Shown: positions 1-12,800 of the stretch, piece by piece
How the letters are laid out: each line of letters begins with the position of its first letter
Position numbering within the stretch: the first letter of the stretch is position 1
Assembly (NCBI GenBank): GCA_965649765.1
Contig: OZ287751.1
Location: forward strand, 102,610,001-102,674,000
Direction: 5' to 3'
Source of the DNA: Bispira polyomma
Taxonomy: Eukaryota
Length of the DNA: 64,000 nucleotides
Made by a program: the position numbers and the translations under genes
The notes under the pieces: generated by a model
Database searches by the model: none
What the model was told of the DNA's origin: nothing
What the model saw: only the letters and a program-made list of their open reading frames with translations

Positions 1-993
1 GGCATGAGCCCTAAGGATTCTGTTGACTTTGTCCGTTTCCGTCCAATTTAAGCTATCCATTTCCATATTTGTTAATATGACAGCATGACAGGCCTTTGCG
101 GCCTCCCAGGAAAAATCCTGCGCATCTTCCATTAGACCCCCCATGTATTCCAACATAGCAGCCCTAACTTTCGGACACTTCTCGTCCTAGATAATCCAAG
201 TGAACCCGCTAACCCACTGGAGCAAAGTAAGGTCATCATAAGAAGGCGTGGCCTTAGAAGAACCTGATAAGACGTGATTTTGTGGCCAGTCCACTACCCG
301 TTTTACAATAACGTCGGTACTGCCTCCCCTCTGGGATTTAACTTTTACCTTGAGGGTTTTCGTTCAGGGTTTTTAATTCAGTGAGCCGCTGCTCGACCTG
401 CGTTTGTATTTGGACATTTTGTTTCAAAAATTCAATGCTAGGAACTATTATTACCTTCCACAGGGCCACTTTCCAAGCTGGCAGAACTAATTCCGGAATT
501 GGAAACGGGGTTACCACCCTTAGCACTGTTGAGGTTTTCAGTCAGAGCCGCCTCGGTCAGCTGCACCCGTTTGTCCATTTTTTCCATAGCTTCATTCATT
601 GTTTGTAACTGTTTAAGAATAGCTTCAGAAATAGAATTACTTATCTGACCATTTGAAGTGGACTCCTGGGTGTCACTCTCTTGGCTGGCCTGCTTCTCAA
701 AAATGCAATGTTTCCCCGTGGGTTTTGCATGTCTTTTAAAACATTTTGAACATGAGTATTCTCTCACCGGAGGCATGACTAGGTATAAGTTTAAATAAAT
801 ACTATACTAAAACTGTTAAAATACTAAAACCATTAAAATTAAAGTAGATAAACTCAATAGCCACGACGTTTTTAACTGCTTGTTGTTCTGCAAACTTCGA
901 AAAAGGCGGCAAAAGTTAGGGGGCGAGGGCTTTTATAGTCGTGGACAGCCCCCGCCCCCTCACGATTAGCCTAGTATCCCAGCACTGAATAAT
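1..993 (-). mobile_element. 5' end and gag-like ORF1 of a DIRS/Ngaro-type tyrosine-recombinase retrotransposon (frameshifted, runs off the left edge)
   Basis: ORF 438-776 starts MPPVREYSCSKCFKRHAKPTGKHC (CxxC..H..C). Bases 1-340 on the minus strand read ..VDWPQNHVLSGSSKATPSYDDL..QWVSGF..EDAQDFSWEAAKACHAVIL.., homologous to gag at 13201-13985 and 34092-34740. Terminal motif tagtatcccagcactga (972-988) matches tggtaccccagaactga at 14161. Confidence 0.85.
931..958 (-). promoter_or_regulatory. Putative internal promoter of the retroelement (TATAAAA plus GC box)
   Basis: Minus-strand TATAAAA at 937-931 and GGGGCGGG at 958-951, about 160 nt upstream of the gag ATG (776). Confidence 0.4.
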
Positions 994-1022
994 ACACCAA
1001 AGATTGCAGGATAAACCCACCA

Positions 1023-1058
1023 AAAAAACGAGTGGGGCACTGCACGTCTGCAGTGTCC
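1023..1058 (+). other. Candidate -1 programmed ribosomal frameshift element at the gag/pol junction
   Basis: Heptamer A AAA AAC (1023-1029), 5-nt spacer, then a 10-bp stem GGGCACTGCA-cgtc-TGCAGTGTCC (1035-1058). The -1 frame (from 1029) is the frame of ORF 1140-1466, with one intervening TGA. Confidence 0.6.
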
Positions 1059-1711
1059 TCTCTATCATCTTCTAAACCAACACCTAGATTGACTAACTGC
1101 AAATTTGTAAAAAATGTCAACTATTGAAAAACTAGAATTGTGTATAACAATACTCGTGTAGATCAGGGCAGTACTCACTGGAGGGCAGATTGGGCAAAAG
1201 TTAAAAATAAATCATATTCAGAAGTAGTCAAAAAACAGGTCCCCTCTGGGGGTGCTGCGCAGATTGAATGTATACAAAATAATATGTTTTCAACAAGGGC
1301 CAATAAAGCCTATGATTGTGTTGTACCTAAATATATGCATAACAAAGTTGCAGGTTTACACAAGTGTGAGGGCACACTGGGTGTGAAAACACACGCCAAA
1401 GCTTACAATGTTTCCCACAAAGGTGTGAATCAACAGCTCACTCGACTGACAAAAGTCAATTTCTAAACAATCACCTCACAACAAAGCAATAGGAAAATAC
1501 TAACCCATGGCCCTTCTACAAAAGTAGCTAATGTGCAACGACTTAATGAAGGCCAGTGGGCTGTCCCCACCACACATAGGTTTACACCTTTGATTACATT
1601 GCTAATGATAATGACACGGCCAATGAAGGCTTAAATGTAAACAATCCAAGTACTGACATCAATGTAAACACAGAGGTTAAGCAAATCCGAGGTCACAAAG
1701 CAATTACGCCA

Positions 1712-3180
1712 GTGGGCAACAAGGCTTTCATTAATGCGGACAAATATCATCTCGAGTTACAAATACTACCTAGAAATAGGAAACTCATTAAGCAGGCCTA
1801 TGATGAGCCCCAAATTCTACATTGGAATTCTCAAGTACCAAATATATATGGATTTATCCTGCTGGGTGATCTACACATCCCTAAGGTAGACAAATGTAAC
1901 AATTCAGGACATTCACCATTAGAACTGCATAGCATAATTAAAAAATCAGGTTGCCCTAATTATATGGGTCCCCAGATTAAAGTTGTCTCTGAGTTAAAAC
2001 CCGAAGTACTGCAAAAGTACCTAGTTGATTACTGGGACATGCAGCTACCTTATCGCATACGATATGGCTTACCCCTCGACTTTAACAAAGGCAGTAAATT
2101 ATCTCACACAGAGAAAAATCACGTCACGATGGACCTGGCTGACTATTATCTACTAGGTTTAAAACTAGATAAATATTACGTTGACTCTTGTCTGCCCTTC
2201 AGTTTTTGGCACGGCAGCGCAATTTGTCAATGCCTGAGTGACGCTGGTAGATATATAATGAAAAAGCACGGCCATAATGTCCCAAATTATATAGATGACG
2301 TCATAGGGTATGGTGACGTCACAAGTAGGCAGCACTCCTTTGACATCCTACATAAATTGCTCCAGGAACTAGGTTTTGCTCTTAGTAACAAAAAAATGGT
2401 CCACCCAAGCACAATGGTCATGTGCCTGGGAGTATCTGTAAACACAGTAAAACTTACAGTCTCTCTTCCTGACGATAAACGCTTTAGTAGAACATTAACA
2501 TGCACAAAGCAACTGCACTAAACATGACTTACAGCCCCTTTTGGGAAAGTTTTTGCACGTTTCTAAAAGTGTACGTGAGTTTTTCTAAACCACATGTTAG
2601 ATGTCCTCAGGTCAGTTGGGGGAAATCAGAAAGCTCAACTTACCTCCAAATTCAACCAAGACATGAACTTGTCATGAATTCAATGGCAAGGTGTTTTTTT
2701 GAGCACGAACCCACCACTGACTGTATACAGCTAGATTCATGCTTACAAGGGATGAGGTGGGGGGGGGGCTATAATGAGGAAGTATATGAATTTCGTATTC
2801 CTTTAGGGTACCTAAATATGACTATTGTGCACCTTGAAATATTGAATATCTTGGTGGCCATCAGACTATGGAAGTCCACTTGGGCAGCAAAACGACTTAT
2901 ACTGCAATGTAACAATGCTGCAGTGGTCACAATTTTGAACTCTGGCAAGACTAAAGACCTTCCTTTGGCAGCAATTGCGTGAAACATTTTTATGGAGGTG
3001 GCCTCTGAAGACATAAGTCTTAAAACCATCTATATATTAGGTAGACTAACCACAGTGGCGGACCTGCTTTTGAGATGGCACCTCACCACAGATAGAGACA
3101 AAAAATTATCAGAGTTTTTGCATAATCACAAATGGGTTAAAGTTCAGGCCTCCATGTTAGTAATAGATTGGTCTATTGAA
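1712..3180 (+). pseudogene. DIRS-type reverse transcriptase/RNase H (frameshifted, internal deletions)
   Basis: ORFs 1712-2521, 2500-2982 and 2992 onward carry YIDD and DIRS-type RNase H motifs in successive frames. Confidence 0.85.
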
Positions 3181-3184
3181 TTAC

Positions 3185-6100
3185 AGATGTACCTTCCCAG
3201 CAAAGAAAGCTTGCCACTCAAGCCTCAAACAGAACTTACCAAGCTTTTAGACCAGCCACTGAGAGAGCTTACACAAATATGTTCAGGACTTTCTTGGCCT
3301 TTTGCCTATTGTAATTTACATAAATTAAACTTTGAGAGACTCCTGAAAAGAGAATTGCAATAATCCAGTCTACTACTGACAAAAGCGTTGGCCACAAGTG
3401 TAGAAGCATCATAAGTGAGAAACCACCTGACACGTCTAAAGTCCTGGAGTTGCACAAAACAGCTTTTGCAGACACTGAACGTGTTTAGAGAAAGAAAAGT
3501 CAGAGTCAAACCATGCACCCAGGTTCTTGACAGAATCAGCTTGGTTGAAAGGGCTACCCAGGATGTCAACTGGAAACAATGCTTCCAAATTATCTCTCTG
3601 TTGTTTTGAGCCAAAGATTATGAACTCAGTTTTGTCAGGATTAAGTTTGAGTTTACCAGTTGACATCCACTCTTTCACATCGCCAAGGCACCTGCTCAAC
3701 TGTTCAAAGGCAGTAGATGTGTTCTTATGGGATAGGTGGACATAAATTTGGGTATCATCTGCATAAAAATGAAACTTAATACCTGTGTATTTGCCAATAA
3801 TCAATCTGAGAGGGGCAGTGTATAATGAGAACAACAGAGGGCCCAAAACAGAACCTTGAGGAACACCAAACAAGAATTTACAAAGATCGGACAGAGTAGA
3901 GCCAATTTTTATCGACTGATAACGATCAGTTAAGTAGGAAGTGAACCATTTAAGAACAGAGCCCCTAACTCCAACCCAAGTCTGAAGACAACTAAGAAGC
4001 GCGGAATGATCATTGGTGTCAAAGGCAGCAGAGAGGTCGAGCAATACCAGGGCAGTAAGTTCCCCTCTTGACAAAGATAGGTGAACAGAAGAGATAGAAG
4101 AGCTGTCTCAGTCGAATGACCTGTTTTATACGCAGACTGGTATGGGTTCTCTAAGTTGTCTAGCCACTACACGTTTAACCAGTTTTGATATGAAACTAAG
4201 ACCAGATACAGGGTGATAATTCTTTAGGTCATCAACTGGAAGAGAAGCCTTCTTAATAAGAGGAGTAACCACAGCTGTATGAAAACCATCAGGTACATGT
4301 CCCTTCGTAAATGAGCAGTTTACAAGCTTTGTAATGGACGGGAGTAATATATTACTACATTCTTTAATGAGAGATGTTGGCCATGAATACAACATGCAGG
4401 ATTTTGTAGTTACTTATTATTTTACTAACATTGTCTTCAGAGACTCTGGTAAAGGCAGTAATTTCGGGAGGATCAGAAAGAGGATGAACATCAATTATAG
4501 TTCCAGAAACAACAAAAGTATCTCTAATTCTCTTAATTTTGTCTGAAAAAAAGGAAGCAAACCTATCAGCTACTGATTTATCAGAATCATGGGACCGGAG
4601 TATCACATTGGTATCCATATTAAGGGTCTTGCGCAGTTCGTGCCATAGCTTCCTGGAGTTGTGACTGTTGTCAGAGATAAGTTTGCTATAATACTCCAAC
4701 TTATCCTCATTAACAAGTACATTGCACCAAGCAATCTGGCAACAAAGTCGACTTCTATTTAATGGATTCTTGGCCCTTCAACAATTTCTTTCATATTGGC
4801 GTCTGACATATTTTGCCCATTGGTATGAATCAGAGAGCCAATGCACAGAATCTTTCTTTGACATTCTAGATACAAGTGGTGCATGCTTATCTAGTACATC
4901 ACCCAAGTCATGTATATATTGTTCATAACGTTTGGCTACAGAATTGGCAGGTGACTTAATGAAGGAAGTATTCTTGAGATCAGTACGGAGGTCAGACGTG
5001 TTAATACGGTGGTATCTCCTATAATGCACTGTATTAGGAATATGAGCCACCCTTTGGGGGAGAAGCAATCGAGCATTTGACTAATGCATGATCTGATATG
5101 AAATCGCAGATTTTGACATCTACAATAGCATCCTGATCACAAGGAGATAAAATAAGGTCTAAAATGTGACCATGCAGATGGGTAGGTTGTCTAACTGACT
5201 GTTTTAGAAAGGTCATAAATTTATGACTGTCACCCACTGATGCATCAACATGGATGTTAAAGTCACCACAGATATGATATGAACTGTTAATGGAAGACAA
5301 GAAACCAACAAAAGACATAAATTCTTTTAAAAAATTACAGGTACATGATGCTGGGGGGCGATAGACGCAGGCAAGCAACAGTGAGCGGCCATGAAGCCCA
5401 ATTGACACCACCATATTTTCAAAGGCCTGATAGACAGGAGAATCTATTTTATGTGATTTGTAGGAGGATCTGATTAAGAAACCAACACTGCCACCAATAC
5501 GTAAGGGACTAGGCATTTCAGGAAATACAAAATCAGGAGGAGTAACAGACCGTAGAAAGCTATCCGATAGATGGACATGGGTCTCAGTAACAAGTATTAG
5601 TGGTTAGAAGTATTGGTGGTTTACAATGTTTCTTCTCCTTCTGTAGCAAACTACCTTTCTGCAATTAAAGCAAAAATGGCCTTATATGGTTTAAATGTAA
5701 CCCCTTTGGCAGATCCTCGGATTAAATATTACCAAAAAGCTCTGGTCCTAAATAGCCCCTTCAGGGCTAAGATTAAAGCAATTATAGACATACCCCTTCT
5801 TCACCAAATAATTCAAATATGTGATAGTATGTGCATAGGCTTGGTATTAAAATCAGTGTACCTCATAGCTTTTTTCTCCTTTCTAAGGATCTCCAACCTG
5901 GTCCCTCATGATGCCTCTCAATTCTCACCTTTAGTGCAGCTGTCTAGGAGAGATGTGCTCTTCGCTCCCCAGGCCTGCATATTATTATAAAATGGTCAAA
6001 AACCCTACAGTCATAAAATGTGGTTAAAGTCCTAAAAATCCCAAGTTTTAACGATTCTCCCTTATGTCCAGTTGCTGCTACGAGGGTCCTATTAGCTATT

Positions 6101-6416
6101 CCCCAGGCCACAAAAACTCCCCTTTATTTCAAATCAAACGAGATCAAAAGTGGTATCCCATGATCGATAGTCAAGTTAGGAAAAATCTTACCTCAATTCT
6201 TACCAGTTTGGGTCTCCAAAACTCTACTATATCCTTCCACACCTTTCATAGGTCGGGCACCATGCTGGCTTTTAATAGTAATGTCCCAATTCAAGACATC
6301 CAGACATGACACTTGGACCTCAGATTGTGTGTGGAAGTATATTGTCCAGGGCGACAATGCCTCTGAACAAGTGGCCCTTACCTTCAAGACACTACTCTCC
6401 AAACCTACTACTTCCT
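3185..6416 (+). pseudogene. Tyrosine recombinase ORF split by a LINE (N-terminal part ~3185-3308, remainder ~5595-6416)
   Basis: QAFRPATERAYTNMFRTFLAFC before the LINE. SVANYLSAIK..FFSFLRISNLVP..KWSKT..HTFHRSG..WTSDCVWKY after it. Confidence 0.8.
3309..5592 (-). mobile_element. L2-clade (CR1 group) LINE ORF2 fragment: APE endonuclease plus RT
   Basis: EN motifs GGSVGFLI, VYRPP, ICGDFNIH, PTHLHGHILDLI, SDH. RT motifs LLDLSAAFDT, GVPQGSVLGPLLFSLY, YADD, KLKLNPDKTE, SSRLDYCNSL. Confidence 0.92.
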
Positions 6417-7639
6417 AATTGGACTTTGGGGCTTTTTTACATATTTTTACACAAATGATATTCTTAAATGTTAAAGATGAACCTTATAGGCCACCTAACC
6501 ACCTTATTTCATGTTGAGCATTTATATGTACATTGTAAATCTCCTTTGGCAACCTTAAATGAAACCTAAGGTTACCTCCTAATTCTAAAGAACCCTAACT
6601 TTTAAGTTAGTGCTCCCCTTTAACTCAAATTCTAAATTCACTTTTAGGTAACCCTAATTTACGTTAAGGCTACCTTAAACTAAAACCTTTCGTGACCTTA
6701 ATCTGAAAATTTTCAAGTTAAGGTCACTTTAATTTTTTTCAAAAATTAATCCTTGTGCTAAGGTAGCCTTAAAATCCATTATGTTATTAAATAATAGATA
6801 AAACAGAAAAATTAAAACTAATATACTGTTTTATACAGTGCACTGGTAGCCAAACTGACCACATATCAAAACATTTTTGGGCGGAAGAGATAGATCACTT
6901 GTCAGATTTGAGATAAAAGCTCTAATCCTACATATACTAGAAGGAGTGGGAACGTGTGTTGTATGTAGTCTATATTAGCATTTTTTGCCCAGCTGGTTTA
7001 ATATTTCTATCTGCAAAAAAATCACCTCTGAAGCTGATTAACAAACATCTCAGTATAAAATCTTGAACAAAGTATTGAACTGTAACTATAATACAAATGG
7101 AGCATAAGAGAGAATGACCTTTGTAAATATTGTAATGGAAATAACATCAATACTTTGGAGCATCACTTGATCTATTACAACTCAACTGTAAACATAAATA
7201 CATAAATACATACCAAATAAAAACACTAAAAATATTCAGCTGCTTGAAAATGGCATAAGCGGCCAAACATATGTTGAATTAAGTTCGTTAAAAGTAATGT
7301 CAAAATAGTTCATTGCAAATGGAAGAAAGACACTTGTTCAGATTTTAGATACTGGGGTGAAGATTGTCAAAGGAAATTTTGAAGCTGGTGATATAGGTTC
7401 TCTTGATTAACACCTGTATTTAGGCACTTCACCAGTGATAATCACAAACACAGCCACATGAAATTTAGTGTGCTGGAGTAATCTTTTTTTATTAAAATTA
7501 TAATGTACTCTTACATACACAAGCATTTTGTCCTACACCCATATGACGTCACACAGACCAACACACTTCATATTATACTATGATGTTACAAATTGCTTAC
7601 CATCCTAACCAACTTTTTTATTACATCCAAATTGCTATC

Positions 7640-8720
7640 ACACAAATTGTATAATGTCCATCTAAAATGTGGGATATGTAATTCTGCTTACAATAAATAA
7701 TAGCAGTTAATGCAAGAATGCCGACAGCCTCAGCTCTTAATACAATCATAGACTTAAAACTATCTCTGATAATCACACTCCTTTGGACTCTAAAACCCAT
7801 TCTCCACAAACCCCCATAAGTGAACCAATGCTGCCATCCTAGAGGCCAAAAAATGCAAACGCCAATTCCAGTGTCAATGGCGTAGTAACAAATTAATGTA
7901 CGATAGAAGCCACGAAACACTTCAACAGGTTGACATCTAGTTCCAAAAAGGTGATATTCAACACAATCGGCAAAGGTTATGGGCCCGCATAAATGAAATT
8001 TTCCATCGAACATTTGAGAAAGTTCCCCCCATAAGTCACTGTCTTACATTTTAGTGGATAAAATCAGCAACATTCATGATGGTTTTTAACAATATCTCAT
8101 TTTTGCCCACCATTTTCACCCCATGGTACAAGGTTTCTACATAGTCATATATTTCTTATAGTCACACACATTAAAACATATTGAATTTGTAATTTTTTAA
8201 AACTGGTTATTAACCTCCTTGCTAAAAAACAGGGCTTGAAAAAACCAGCTCAAAAACTGCAGACCGGTGTCTATTTTCAGCTTTATCTTTTTAAAGTCAT
8301 CAAGAAAGTTGTGGCACAACAATTTTATCGCCTCAATACACAAAACATCAAAAATTGTCACTAATCTGCTTACAGAAAGTTTCACTTTACAGAAAGTGCC
8401 ATTTTTCATAACAGTGGCACTCACCCTTTTAGATCTCTCAGCAGCCTTTGACAACATTGACCACAACCTACTTTGCGATACGCTCAAGCAATAGTTCCGA
8501 CTTAATGGCACTGTCCTTCATTGGATTAGATCTTAACTTACTCCTAGAGCACAAAAAAGTCACTTATCAACTTCCATTTACCTAACATATGGCGTTCCCC
8601 AAGGATCTGTCCTTGGGAATCTACTTTTCACCCTCTTTTCACATCCTCTCAGCACTGTCAATCAAGTCTATCTCTCTCTCAACCCTCAAAATGCCCCCAA
8701 AAATATTGATCTACCTGTGG
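7640..8720 (+). mobile_element. Highly decayed L2 LINE fragment
   Basis: ALTLLDLSAAFDNIDH (~8415-8465) and ggcgttccccaaggatctgtccttggg (GVPQGSVLG, ~8591). Homologous to 30600-31870. Confidence 0.7.
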
Positions 8721-9889
8721 ACTTCGTCAAAGACGAATTCGTATTTTCTTAATTCACCTTCATAACAAGAATTTGCAATGTAGAATTAGAATAGTCAATT
8801 CATCACTTTCTCAACCATTCTCCAAAACAGTTACTCAAGTCTGATAGAATAGTTTTGTCAAATGCCCTGTATATGTCAATGTTACTTGTACTGTCTTCAC
8901 ATGCATGATCATTTGTTGTTGTAAAATATTGTATTTTTGGTTTATGAAAAAGAAAATATAGAGTGTTATTGGAAATTGTGGTTATGATCCTGAAAGAGGT
9001 CAGAAGTGGATGTTTATGGTACTGTTCTCCTATCAAGAGGAGAGGCCCAAATAATGTGATCGGGGTCAATCGTGGGCATTCTGCCCCGATCTGTTTTGAA
9101 AAGGGCGGGAAAATTTGCGTTATCCGACTGATTTTTTACATTGTGATAAATCGGCCAGATTAATTGACAGAACCAAATTTTTATTAAGCTCAGTAATTGT
9201 TTTTGGAAGTTCTTTGTGGCCCTGAAAAGAGTCTTTTAGGTTCATCCTTACAAGGATTGATGGTTAAGGAGGGGAGTGGTCACTGTCTACTGGTCTGTTG
9301 TTGTGGTGGTGCTACTGGCTGGTGACAAAGTGGTTGTGGTGGTGTCTGTGTCTGTCCGCTGAGGGTCTGGCTGAGACATAAAATGATCATGAGTGGCAAT
9401 AATAATAATAATCTTTATTCTCATATACATGAAACATGATACAGAAAGAAAAAACAATGCTCTGGTAGCTGATGTTCCCCGTGGCCAATTCAAATCCTCT
9501 CACAAGTGATGAGACTGATGAGGTATTGAGGATGTCAGACTTCACTGAGGGTGTGTTGTAGTACTGAACACCACTGGTTCTGGCCATAAAACTTGTGATG
9601 TTTGGTGGTTTGGTGGACAACTGCTGGTGGATTGAACTGCTGTGGCTTGACCTGTGGAGGCCGTGATGTCTGTGATCTGGGCTGTTGCTGGTGGTACACA
9701 AACTGTCCTGGTTGCTGTTGTTACTGTGGGATTAAGGAAGGTGGCGCCATCTGATAGGACGTAATAGGCTGTGGTTGAAACTGCTGGGATTTAAACTGTA
9801 GCACCACCTGTTGAGATAAAGAAGCCCTGTCTTGCAGATTGCCATTCAGGTTGAAAACCAGTTCCCCGTGGTTTAGGGAAAGTTGATTA

Positions 9890-12800
9890 TATGACTACTA
9901 TAATAGCATTGTAACCCTTAAGCAACGTAGTAAAAGAAATGTTTCTATTAGTGACTAGCATAGTTAGCTCTACAGGTAAATATATAGAGTTTCAAGTTTA
10001 AGGTTAGGGCATAAGGTCACCTTAAATACAGTAAGACTTTAAGGTTTACATAAAGTCACCTTTAAGATTAGGAAAAGTAAAGTTGACTCAAAGCCACCTT
10101 ATAATGAGAAATTTAAAGGGAGCCTTACAATGGCCCTAAATTAAGTTTAAGAGTTGCAACCTATGTGTCAAAAGTAATTAAGGGTACCATGAGTGACCCA
10201 GAGTTAAGTTTGAGATTAATTAAAAGCATACCTCAAGTTTGAGTTAATATGCAAGTTGAGGGCACCAACTGTTGGCCCTACTTTGAGTTTAAGGTTGATT
10301 TAAAGCATGCAATGAAGTTTGCCAAGTGATTAGAAGAAAAATATGTAAGAGTACATAATGTACTGAGATATAAGGTGCCCTTATGCCCAAGGACATTGGG
10401 AATTGTGAACCTTCCAAATTTGTATTTATTATACATTAATATTTTTATATTCTTTTAACAGGTGACCCATAGAAGCCAGACCACCAAATACCAGATTTAC
10501 CTTGGAGTAGGCTGTAGGGCTAGCTTAAAGCAGTCAGCAACCTGGGAACCAGCCCGTGCAGAATCTCCAAATGCATTCCGACGTTCAGGTACCATGATGC
10601 TGGATATCCTGTATATTTACAATATTATTAAAAGCAAAAGTGGTGCCTGAAAGCAGGAATGTGTAAAAGGTGAGATTTGTTTGTGCACAGCCCAGGAGCT
10701 GCAGAACGTTCTTCAAGTGACGCTGAACCCTAATGTCTGTCAAGGGCACCTAGAACCACCTAATTTGTACTGAAAGAGAGGTGCATTAGGGCCAGAGGTG
10801 GTGAGGGCCAGGATATTCTTCAAGGCCGCTATAGAACACAGGCTGGAATTATGCAGTACAGGAATATTTAACAGGTTAATCTGATTATTTGTCTGCCAGG
10901 TCTTAGACCATATATATTTATCCATGTTTAAACAACACATCCCCTCTGGCCAGGTGCTTTAAAGGATAATAAGCTGCCACAGATATACTTTATATTTACA
11001 TTATTATTGAAAGCAAAAGTGGTGCTTAAACGCCGGAATGCGTGAAAGGTGAGATTTGCTTGTGCACAGCCCAGGAGCTGCAAGACGTTCTTCAAGTGAC
11101 GCCGGACCCTAGTGTCCATCAAGGGCACCCTGAAACCACCTAATTTGTGCTGAAAGAGAGGTGCATTAGGGCCAGCGGGGGAGAGGGCCAGGACATTTTT
11201 CAAGGTCGCTACAGGACACAGGCTGGAATTATGCAGTACAGGAATATTTAACAGTTTAATCTTATTATTCGTCTGCCAGGTCTTAGACCATAAATATAGC
11301 CAGGTTTAAACAACACATCCCCTCTGGCCAGGTGCTTTAAAGGAGAATAAGCCGCCACAGAGTGGGGACATAAGTTTGAAAGCCTTAAGAAACTGAAAAA
11401 ACTGTTAAGATAGACAGCCTTAAATATCTGGCCCATTTAAGTATTATCACACTTAGCCACTAAGGCAGTTAACAAAGGGATATCAAACAGTGTTTTGAGC
11501 TTTACATGGAGAGGTTTAATGATAGCCAAAGCTCTACTATAATAAGATATGCGTGGATTTACAAAGCAGTCCACGTTAACATGGAAAAGAATGCATTTGG
11601 CTTAAATTGCTGAGAGGTAATTTGCTATCTGAGAAGCTGACACATGATTAAAGTTCAGAAACTCTAGGAATGATAAAATTCTAAACACAGTCAACTGATG
11701 TATTGGCCACTGCATGAAAACCCAAAAATGCAACCTCTTACTTGTGAGCAGAGAGTCCAGTGGATGCATTCCTGAAACACAGCACATTATATAACATGGG
11801 AACATTTTATATTGTCTGGTCAATTTCCAGTAATGTGACATTAGCTTTAAGCCAATTAACAGGGCCCACCTACTGGGCAAGTAGATACTCATTATTACTA
11901 GTTTTATCCTAGCGAGAAAGCAAGTCTGCGACCTTGTTTTTTACACCCAATATGTGAATTACTCTGATATCTATGTTAATCATCTCAAGGGAGGCAATGT
12001 TATTACTAGTCATAGATTGAGGTATGGCTAGTTTATACACTTTATTACCATAAATGCTCCCCATACCGATTAGACAAGAATCAAGCTCCACCTGAGCATG
12101 GGTAGCTTTATGTGAAAAGAAACCATAAAATTGTCTCATTAACGTTCTGAACAAGTTTAAGTCATGCCTAAAGTCTCCAGTGATTCAAAACCGACTTCTG
12201 CTATAATTATCTGTAAGTAACTGTGACATGCGGTTCAGGAAAACACACGCATACCTTATGCATTTTGCCACATACAAAAGTGATCTCAACAGGGATTGGA
12301 GTTCCTTTTTGGTACTAAACAGGTTGTCTTGCCAAGTGGCACTATTCTCTCTAATTTCGTCCATTTTATCATCCGGGATAAAGGTGGTAAAGTTTTCGGT
12401 GTCTACCAGTATTCCCAGGCATATTACACAGGTGCTCGAAGCCACTAACTTTTTCTGACTGCCGTTCTGATAACCGAACAACAGGCACTTATCGACATAA
12501 AATTGTTTCCATCTTAAACCTAACAAATTAATGTCACCTGGATCAATGAGGACGTGCCTGAAGGCCCTGCTCACGTCCACTTTAAATAGGTGGCACCCTC
12601 TACCCAATTTAGTTACTTAATTGGTGAGCTATTAATGGAAGAATAAGACAAGATAAATTCAGTTTCAAGATAAGAATTGGCTGACGCACCCACATTTACT
12701 GACTGACCATGTGGCCAACTTAGATCAATTATTACCCTTCTGTTTGCTGAACCAGACTACTCACGCGTCATCATGGGGGAACAATGCAGGTCCTTAATTG

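Larger units (their letters stand above)
994..6790 (+). mobile_element. DIRS/Ngaro-type retrotransposon 1 (end of gag, pol RT/RNase H, tyrosine recombinase, AT-rich 3' region); decayed and interrupted by an L2 LINE
   Basis: RT motifs YGLPLDF, CLPF, NYIDD, MCLGV (1712-2521). RNase H motifs QLDSCLQG, IVHLEILNI, CNNAAVV, VADLLLR (2500-3180). YR motifs FFSFLRISNL, HTFHRSG (5613-6416). Confidence 0.9.

Noticed and set aside
5613-6416. Phage integrase / bacterial horizontal transfer
   Set aside because: The recombinase is linked to DIRS-type RT and RNase H, so it is the retrotransposon's own enzyme.
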